IMG/VR virus record: IMGVR_UViG_3300049846_002561 | Location: 1 to 64,000 of that record | Source: a virus | Strand: one strand, 5' to 3' | Length of the DNA stretch: 64,000 nucleotides | Shown: positions 58,009 to 64,000 of the stretch, piece after piece | How positions within the stretch are numbered: position 1 is the stretch's first letter | How the letters are laid out: each line of letters opens with the position of its first letter | Program-made: the position numbers and the translations under genes | Notes under the pieces: model-generated | Database searches by the model: none | What the model was told of the DNA's origin: nothing | What the model saw: only the letters and a program-made list of their open reading frames with translations

Positions 58009-59642
58009 GCTTCATTGAGATCTTTCTTTAGTAGTTTGGACATTAACATTTCAACAAAGTCATCCTTTGTCATTACCTCTTTGCCTTTATCTATTAGGGC
58101 ATTGATATCCTTTTCCTTGTCTATGATGATATCATAGATGTAGTCATCGATGCTATCCTCGCAGAAGGTATAGTGAACATTCACTGATGACTTCTGGCCA
58201 ATCCTATGCAACCTGTCTATAGCCTGATATAAGTCAGCTGGAGCGAATGGAAAGTCGGCGAATATCACGTCCTGTGCATTTGTGAGGTTTAACCCCACCC
58301 CGGCGGCGATCATGTTACCAACAAAAACATGACATCCCTCATCATTGTGGAACCGCTGAACGTTGAGGTCGCGCGTGTAAGAGTCCACCGACCCGGTGAT
58401 CTTAACGCATCGATCCCCAAAGTGACCACATATACGATCGATGGGTTCATTGTATCCAGAAAAGATAACCACCTTCTTTCCCTGCTCAATGATGTTTTCA
58501 GCAAGCTCAATGATGCCCGGCACCTTGGCGGCGCTCGTTATCTTATTGAGAGTGTGTAGGTTTCCGTTTAAGTTGGTGAGGTCCTTGCGTTCCTTGAGCT
58601 CCTTGATCACCGCATCGTATTGGTCCCTGTAATCATCGAGGCTGTACTTGTAGTTGAAGAATATCTTCTCCGGTAAGTCAAGGCAGTTTTCCTTGAGCTT
58701 GCGGATCATGAAGTTCGACATCTTTACGAATAGCTCTTGCAGGTTTTTGCCACCCGTCACGCGGGTTTTATTGCGCATGATCGTCTTCACCGTATACTCC
58801 TCGAGGAACTTCTTATAGTTGTCACCAAGGGGGTGCCTTATAAGCTTCATGTACGCAAATATGTCGTCAACCCTATTCTTGACCGGTGTTCCGGAAAGGA
58901 ACGTAATGCGAGCATTGGGGTACATGTCCATGAGCTTCTTAACCTCTTTGTATCTTTTTGAGGTGTGGTTTTTGAGCATGTGGCTCTCGTCAAGGATAAA
59001 GTGATCCACCTCGCCTGTAGATATCTCCCTGGCATAGTTACCAACTATATCGTAGTTGATGATAACGAAGCGCTCAAGGAATGCCTTTACGGTTCTTGAC
59101 TTCCGTGAGTCTAGGATGGTGAAGTATAGTTCATTGAATCCGAACTTCACAAGGTCACGCATCCAGTTCCACTTGACTGCAGCCGGGCATATTATCACCG
59201 TCCTTTTGCACTTGTGTAGTCGTGAAAGAGAAGCGGAAATAAGGGTCTTCCCAAGTCCCATGTCAAGGGCCAGAAAGTTGTACTTTTTGTAATAGCTCTC
59301 GCGGAAAGTTTCCCACTGGTGGTTGTACAGCTTGTCGTGGTACGGCAGGGTCTTAGCTACCTCATTGTCAACAAATGAAAATAGCTTTGCGTAGATTTCA
59401 TTTAGCCTACCAAAGAATGCGTTCCTTTTATCCTCCTCAAGGGGGCTCTCATTGAACGTGCGGAAGGCCAGGCGTATAAACTCATACAGCGATCGCTTTG
59501 ATGTCAGGCTTATGTCCGCTTCTATTTCCATTGTGTCGGAGTACACCGTAAACCCAAAGCACTTGGCAAGGAGTATCTCCCCCTCATGGAATAGAAGTTT
59601 TTTGAAGCGTACCTTCTCGTCTCTTATGATCTCAATGTTCAT
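58005..59642 (-). CDS. SNF2-family helicase (HARP-like)
   Basis: DMGLGKT, ICPA, LDESH, SGTP, GVGLNL, QAIDRLHRIGQ. Confidence 0.9.
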   Translation of the reverse strand: MNIEIIRDEKVRFKKLLFHEGEILLAKCFGFTVYSDTMEIEADISLTSKRSLYEFIRLAFRTFNESPLEEDKRNAFFGRLNEIYAKLFSFVDNEVAKTLPYHDKLYNHQWETFRESYYKKYNFLALDMGLGKTLISASLSRLHKCKRTVIICPAAVKWNWMRDLVKFGFNELYFTILDSRKSRTVKAFLERFVIINYDIVGNYAREISTGEVDHFILDESHMLKNHTSKRYKEVKKLMDMYPNARITFLSGTPVKNRVDDIFAYMKLIRHPLGDNYKKFLEEYTVKTIMRNKTRVTGGKNLQELFVKMSNFMIRKLKENCLDLPEKIFFNYKYSLDDYRDQYDAVIKELKERKDLTNLNGNLHTLNKITSAAKVPGIIELAENIIEQGKKVVIFSGYNEPIDRICGHFGDRCVKITGSVDSYTRDLNVQRFHNDEGCHVFVGNMIAAGVGLNLTNAQDVIFADFPFAPADLYQAIDRLHRIGQKSSVNVHYTFCEDSIDDYIYDIIIDKEKDINALIDKGKEVMTKDDFVEMLMSKLLKKDLNEA

Positions 59643-60924
59643 GGAACTTTATTTCTAGGTCGTTGTTGTCGCTTACCTTCTCCGCAATCACCTGATAGCC
59701 CTTTTTCTCAGCCTTGGAGAGAACCATCTCTAGGTTCTTTGTATCGAATAGGGAGGCGTCGTGAAGGAGTATCACCTTTAGGTTTGGATTTAAGGCCATG
59801 GACACGTCAACGCCAATGTCAAAAAGGGCGGCTGTATTCTGCTGGCCCTCCTCTAGCGGAAGTCCATTGATGAATATCTCGTCTTCCGTAAATTCAAGAC
59901 CCTCGATGGGCAGCTGTGAGCTCTTGATAATGTCCGCTCTCTTACGTTGCAGCTTCTCGATGTTGGCATCGCAGGCATTTATGGACTCCTTGCACTTGAG
60001 CATTTCCTTCTGCTGCCCGGCGAGCTTCATGACGGAGTTGTGCTTCTCGTTGTGTTTTACGGCACTCGTCATGCGGGCATTTATCTCCTCAACGTCGGGT
60101 CGCTTAGTCTTTGCCAGCCATGAGTTGCCCTTTTCGTGAGCGAAGTACTGATCCTCTGCTTTCTTTCTGAGGTCATCGATTTCCTTTTGAAGCTCTTCGA
60201 TCCTCTTCATGTGGCTGTCGGCAGCTTCCTTAGCTTCTCTGGTGCCCTTCACGATGCGATCGTAGGTCATGCTCTTTTCAGAAGCCTGCATCAACTCCGT
60301 TTGTATGGCATCTACATCAACGGGGGAAGAGTATTTCTCGATCTCATCAGGCGTTAGGCCATGGTTCTTGAGTATAGCTTCCATTTCCTCCGCTTTCTCC
60401 TTGTTTACCTTGCGGCGCACCATCTCCTCCTTTATCTCCGTCGAGCACCTGTCAATGTCAGCCTCACAACCGGTGAGCTTCTTGAGCATCTTTAGCTTGT
60501 TGTCCTTGGTGTCGTTCATCCATGAGGTAATGTCAAAGGAGAATGATCCAAGCAATGACTTCAGGAATGTGGCGGGGGCGGGGATAACACTTCCATCCTC
60601 ATTGTAGAGGACGAGCCTTCCCTTTTGATTGCCCTTGGTGAAGTGTAGGTCCATGATGTACTTCACTTGCTTGCCGGCGACAATGCCGCCGAGGACCACC
60701 TCTACCTTTGCGCGCTCCTCGCCCTTCTTTATGACTTGGGAGGGTAGTATCTTTGAGTTGAGTGGCGATACGATGGCCTGTATCAGCGATGACTTGCCGG
60801 ATCCGTTGGGGCCCACGATCTCAAATGAGCGACCCAGTATTTCCACTTCTTTCTTTGTGAAGTTCTTGAAGTTTTCAAGCTTCACGCTAAGGAACTTCAG
60901 TCCCTCCTGATTGTCATTTTCCAT
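59632..60924 (-). CDS. SMC/Rad50-like ATPase
   Basis: LENFK, GPNGSGKSS, central coiled coil, degenerate Walker B (LLHDASLFD). Confidence 0.8.
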   Translation of the reverse strand: MENDNQEGLKFLSVKLENFKNFTKKEVEILGRSFEIVGPNGSGKSSLIQAIVSPLNSKILPSQVIKKGEERAKVEVVLGGIVAGKQVKYIMDLHFTKGNQKGRLVLYNEDGSVIPAPATFLKSLLGSFSFDITSWMNDTKDNKLKMLKKLTGCEADIDRCSTEIKEEMVRRKVNKEKAEEMEAILKNHGLTPDEIEKYSSPVDVDAIQTELMQASEKSMTYDRIVKGTREAKEAADSHMKRIEELQKEIDDLRKKAEDQYFAHEKGNSWLAKTKRPDVEEINARMTSAVKHNEKHNSVMKLAGQQKEMLKCKESINACDANIEKLQRKRADIIKSSQLPIEGLEFTEDEIFINGLPLEEGQQNTAALFDIGVDVSMALNPNLKVILLHDASLFDTKNLEMVLSKAEKKGYQVIAEKVSDNNDLEIKFHEH

Positions 60925-60937
60925 GTTTCGTTTTTAG

Positions 60938-61972
60938 TTAGTTGTCGTCAGAATTTCGCCTTCTCTCTTCTCTCTCTGATTTGTATTGATCACAGAAGTC
61001 CTTTACCGGACAGAAGCGCTCACATCGCGTGGACTCCCCCGCTCTGAACTCAAGGAACATGCCACTGTACATTGGGGCATTCTGCAGCATGAACATCTCG
61101 GCTTCCTCCTTTGAGGCAAATACACGAAGGGCCCTCTTTGTGCCTTTTGTTTTTACGGCCCATTGATCAGCCTTTGCCCATCGTTCCTTGCCGGTGCAGA
61201 ATGGAAGCTCTCCGGTATCCTCTGCCTTTTTATGTAGCTCCACCCTTCTACCTATGTAATTGGCCATCTCCGTTGTTGGAACCTTCTTTACATCTATCTC
61301 CATTATCTGAGAGGGTGGGTAATCCACGCTCCTGCGCATGGCTGTACCGCTCCAGTCCCTAAAAAAGGCAACCACCACGATTCTCTTTACCGGAAATCCA
61401 AGGGCTTCAAGCATGTATGCGTATACGTTGGTTTGAGCTTCCCACTTCTGTCTCGCTTCCCTGAATGTATACATGTACGTTGAGCAGAACTTATAGTCGT
61501 AGAGGGTCTCTTCCTTCTTGTCGTACATGTCAAACGTTCCGTACAGAACGGTATCCCCGATATCCACGCGCATGGTGTGCTCCACCAGGTACCTGTCGTT
61601 GTCGGTGGGGAAGAAGAACTTAGTGGCCTTTTTTATGTATGAGGATACGCGATCCATTGCCGAGCGCTTCTCTTCGTCCTTAACCTCGGGGATCGTGCGA
61701 TCCAGCTTATCAGATACAAGCTCAAATGCCCTGCGGTACACGCCGTCCATGTTACCCCTCTCGATGACGTGGTGCAGGGCGGTACCCATTAGCATGTAAA
61801 GCCTCTCGGAAACGTCCTCCTCGTAGTGGTTTGTGCGCTTTAGCCTTATTACCCTTGGGCTTTCAATGATCTGGCTTACGCTGATATCCCCGGCAACGCG
61901 GTGGGTATCGTATTTAACGGCCTTGACGATCGTCTCAGGCAGGTTTAGTCTATTTGTTAGTACTGATGGCAT
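60938..61972 (-). CDS. Cas4-like PD-(D/E)xK exonuclease
   Basis: GTALH, E...GTFD...DYK, Q...Y, C-terminal C..FC.V..FC. Confidence 0.8.
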   Translation of the reverse strand: MPSVLTNRLNLPETIVKAVKYDTHRVAGDISVSQIIESPRVIRLKRTNHYEEDVSERLYMLMGTALHHVIERGNMDGVYRRAFELVSDKLDRTIPEVKDEEKRSAMDRVSSYIKKATKFFFPTDNDRYLVEHTMRVDIGDTVLYGTFDMYDKKEETLYDYKFCSTYMYTFREARQKWEAQTNVYAYMLEALGFPVKRIVVVAFFRDWSGTAMRRSVDYPPSQIMEIDVKKVPTTEMANYIGRRVELHKKAEDTGELPFCTGKERWAKADQWAVKTKGTKRALRVFASKEEAEMFMLQNAPMYSGMFLEFRAGESTRCERFCPVKDFCDQYKSEREERRRNSDDN

Positions 61973-62216
61973 GGTCTTCTTTTCATTAAAACCCCGTTAA
62001 AGTAGGGGCGCCTGCATTGCAGGAAGAACTTCCGAAGAAGGACAACTCCCATTTCTGGGGCGGAGTTACCGATATCCGCTACCCTCACAACGGTATGATT
62101 GGTTTACCAGACAAGGCATTTTCCAACCACTGAGGTATTTTATGCGGCCACACACGTTCACAATCCCCCACACACATTTAAAGAGATTGCGCTTTCAAGT
62201 GACTGCATAGTTGCCA

Positions 62217-62224
62217 CAAATGTA
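62217..62224 (-). promoter_or_regulatory. Bacteroidota -7 box upstream of the replication operon leader
   Basis: TACATTTG on the minus strand, with TTG about 21 nt upstream. Confidence 0.55.
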
Positions 62225-62284
62225 CGATTGTTTTCTTGCAAAAAGCAATAGTTTTACGTAAAAAAAACGATATTTAGAATCTTT

Positions 62285-62464
62285 CTAAATAGTATCGTCG
62301 CACCATATCGGCGTTAGCTCACCGACGTATGATCCGGATACGTTGAAGTCGAAGTGCTCCAGTGCCTCCTCCTCGCCTTCAAAGTTACTAACTATGCGGT
62401 CAAGGCGCGTCGGCACCCGGCGGATCAGAATCACCATTTTGCTTTTTTTCTTCTTCTTACTCAT
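62285..62464 (-). CDS. 59-aa phage hypothetical protein (not in the ORF track)
   Basis: EEALEHFDFNVSGSYVGELTPIW, a motif I recognise from phage hypothetical proteins; start overlaps the upstream stop. Confidence 0.6.
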   Translation of the reverse strand: MSKKKKKSKMVILIRRVPTRLDRIVSNFEGEEEALEHFDFNVSGSYVGELTPIWCDDTI

Positions 62465-62921
62465 TTTTTACTGTTTTAAAGTTTCTTCCTGATATTAGTT
62501 TGGCTTTCCATTCCTGCGCGTCTGGCACCTCTTCTCCGAGCTCCAGCTCCAGGAATAGGAGGACGTCGTTTATGAACTTGAGGAGTCTCTTTTTGTTCAT
62601 CCCGGATATGGACTCTGTGTACTGGGTGATCTTTCCACTCTTTGAGTTCATGACCTCGGCTTTACAGAACATGGCTTCCAATATGTACCTTGCCTTTACC
62701 TTATCCACTCCATCGTACCCTGCCTTTGTAAGGCCCTTTACCGCGCAGAACATCACCGGCCCAAAGAGGTACGCATACATGCGCATCTTCTCACTTGTCT
62801 TGGCAGTGTCTCTCAGGGATATCGTTTGGCACACTCCGTCCTTTTCCATGAGGTACCTGTACAGGTCCTCATAGTAGGGTAGCTTACCCTTTACCGGTGT
62901 TATATTGAATATAGCTTCCAT
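62457..62921 (-). CDS. Hypothetical protein, NinB-like
   Basis: Y.YLFG.V...SISGMNK.....FI..V......G..VPD pattern. Confidence 0.5.
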   Translation of the reverse strand: MEAIFNITPVKGKLPYYEDLYRYLMEKDGVCQTISLRDTAKTSEKMRMYAYLFGPVMFCAVKGLTKAGYDGVDKVKARYILEAMFCKAEVMNSKSGKITQYTESISGMNKKRLLKFINDVLLFLELELGEEVPDAQEWKAKLISGRNFKTVKNE

Positions 62922-63286
62922 TACATCCAGAAAAAGCGATCAAAGGATAGGATCATGGCTAGCGCATTTACTGTACACTCCACGATCGATATGGCGAGGA
63001 ACACGTCTGGCCGGTGCCGGTGGTAGTACATATCCGCAAAGCGACCCATAGGCCACTCTACGGCAAAGTGAATGACTGCCACCGTTAATGGCCACGCCCA
63101 CGCCAGCTGATTTATGCCCGTTATCCGCCACGATACCATGCCCATGATGAATATCATGGCCGTGTATGATAGCACGTGAACGAGCATCATTCCCGTTGAT
63201 TCATTTTTTGATCGCTGAACGGACCTTAACTGTAAAACTTGGTCGGCAATAACGTGTATCACCAGTAGGTAGATTGCTGTTTTCAT
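62921..63286 (-). CDS. DUF3307-like membrane protein
   Basis: HVIADQVLQ......K......HV..Y...HF. Confidence 0.65.
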   Translation of the reverse strand: MKTAIYLLVIHVIADQVLQLRSVQRSKNESTGMMLVHVLSYTAMIFIMGMVSWRITGINQLAWAWPLTVAVIHFAVEWPMGRFADMYYHRHRPDVFLAISIVECTVNALAMILSFDRFFWM

Positions 63287-63755
63287 GTAATTTAGATATA
63301 TGTTTTTTTGCTTTTTGGTCCAGCTGATCGTTGACGTAGTTCCTTGGCGTATCGGTATGCTGGTGTGCCTTTACGTGGTAAAAATTAATCTTTATTCCCT
63401 TGGCGTGGTCGCGCATCATGTTACTGAACAGGTTGCAGATACGCATTTGTTCTTTATGATGCTTGAGGTTGTACTTCTCTATGTTCTTCTTATCCTTTGT
63501 GAGTAGGTGTATGGCGTTCATGCAGTCGGTGTTCACGTATATGACGCTCACCTCCTCCATCCATCCGCTCTTGAATATAAGGTGGTATACGGCATTGTAG
63601 ATGGCCTTGATCTCCGCCACCAGGGCATGCTTGGTATCCCCCCTCAACATGCCGTCCCTACTGATCGTGCCCTTATCGCTCTTTATGTAAAAGGCATACG
63701 ATCCCTTGCGGTGCACCCGAGAGAAGGATGCGTCAGTCATTATTGTTACGTTCAT
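63201..63755 (-). CDS. rnhA: Ribonuclease HI
   Basis: TDAS, AE..A, TDC, HVKAH, N...D..AK; ATG 63755 preferred. Confidence 0.85.
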   Translation of the reverse strand: MNVTIMTDASFSRVHRKGSYAFYIKSDKGTISRDGMLRGDTKHALVAEIKAIYNAVYHLIFKSGWMEEVSVIYVNTDCMNAIHLLTKDKKNIEKYNLKHHKEQMRICNLFSNMMRDHAKGIKINFYHVKAHQHTDTPRNYVNDQLDQKAKKHISKLHENSNLPTGDTRYCRPSFTVKVRSAIKK

Positions 63756-63969
63756 GGTTGTTTTTTTTCTCAGAAATAGGATAAAGACCCTGAAATGTTC
63801 TGCCCTTGCTTGGTATACTTTTAGAGAAATCAAACATGTCAGACTCCATCTTTTTAAGAAGAGCTATATGTTTTCTTTGGACGTAATCAACCATCGCATC
63901 TTCCATGGAAAAATCACTGTAATCAAATCGATACCAAAACAAGATCTCACCGGATAGCCTTTCAAGCAA
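63733..63969 (-). CDS. Hypothetical protein, start uncertain
   Basis: ORF at the window edge feeding into rnhA. Confidence 0.4.
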   Translation of the reverse strand: MLERLSGEILFWYRFDYSDFSMEDAMVDYVQRKHIALLKKMESDMFDFSKSIPSKGRTFQGLYPISEKKNNHERNNND

Positions 63970-64000
63970 TCGAATGTCTTTTATTTCCTGCTCGGTTAGT

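Noticed and set aside
60938-61972. CRISPR-Cas system suggested by the Cas4-like gene
   Set aside because: No repeat-spacer array or other cas genes seen; solo Cas4-like nucleases are common in phage recombination modules.
1-64000. Stop-codon reassignment, as in some crAss-like phages
   Set aside because: Genes are long and tightly packed in the standard code, and TAA, TAG and TGA all end genes at sensible boundaries.

Overview
The window is most of a Bacteroidota-infecting, podovirus-type dsDNA phage genome in the standard genetic code. The host assignment is inferred from TAnnTTTG promoters, A-rich starts without Shine-Dalgarno sequences and a BT4734-type primase. Layout: (1) 1-2 kb, an AT-rich array of integron-like gene cassettes (DNA adenine methylase, mini-gene, metallophosphoesterase) separated by attC-like hairpins. 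(2) 3.8-16.4 kb, a Ser/Ala-rich repetitive fibre gene followed by a glycan-building island, including a Maf/MTase/FkbM/2OG-Fe(II) fusion, a GT2-GT6-GT11-GT7-like fusion and a Stealth-like protein. (3) 17.9-18.7 kb, a non-coding hub with a circularly permuted two-piece tmRNA and further structured RNA candidates. (4) 20-52 kb, a crAss-like morphogenesis module: TerL, portal, scaffold, capsid, three ring proteins, muzzle, three ejection proteins (one with a RelA/SpoT-like domain), Cys-rich fibre genes and lysis genes. (5) 52-64 kb on the minus strand, replication and recombination genes (SSB, VRR-NUC, primase-helicase, beta clamp, SNF2, SMC-like ATPase, Cas4-like nuclease, RNase H). All calls come from motif recognition by eye; no database searches were run.
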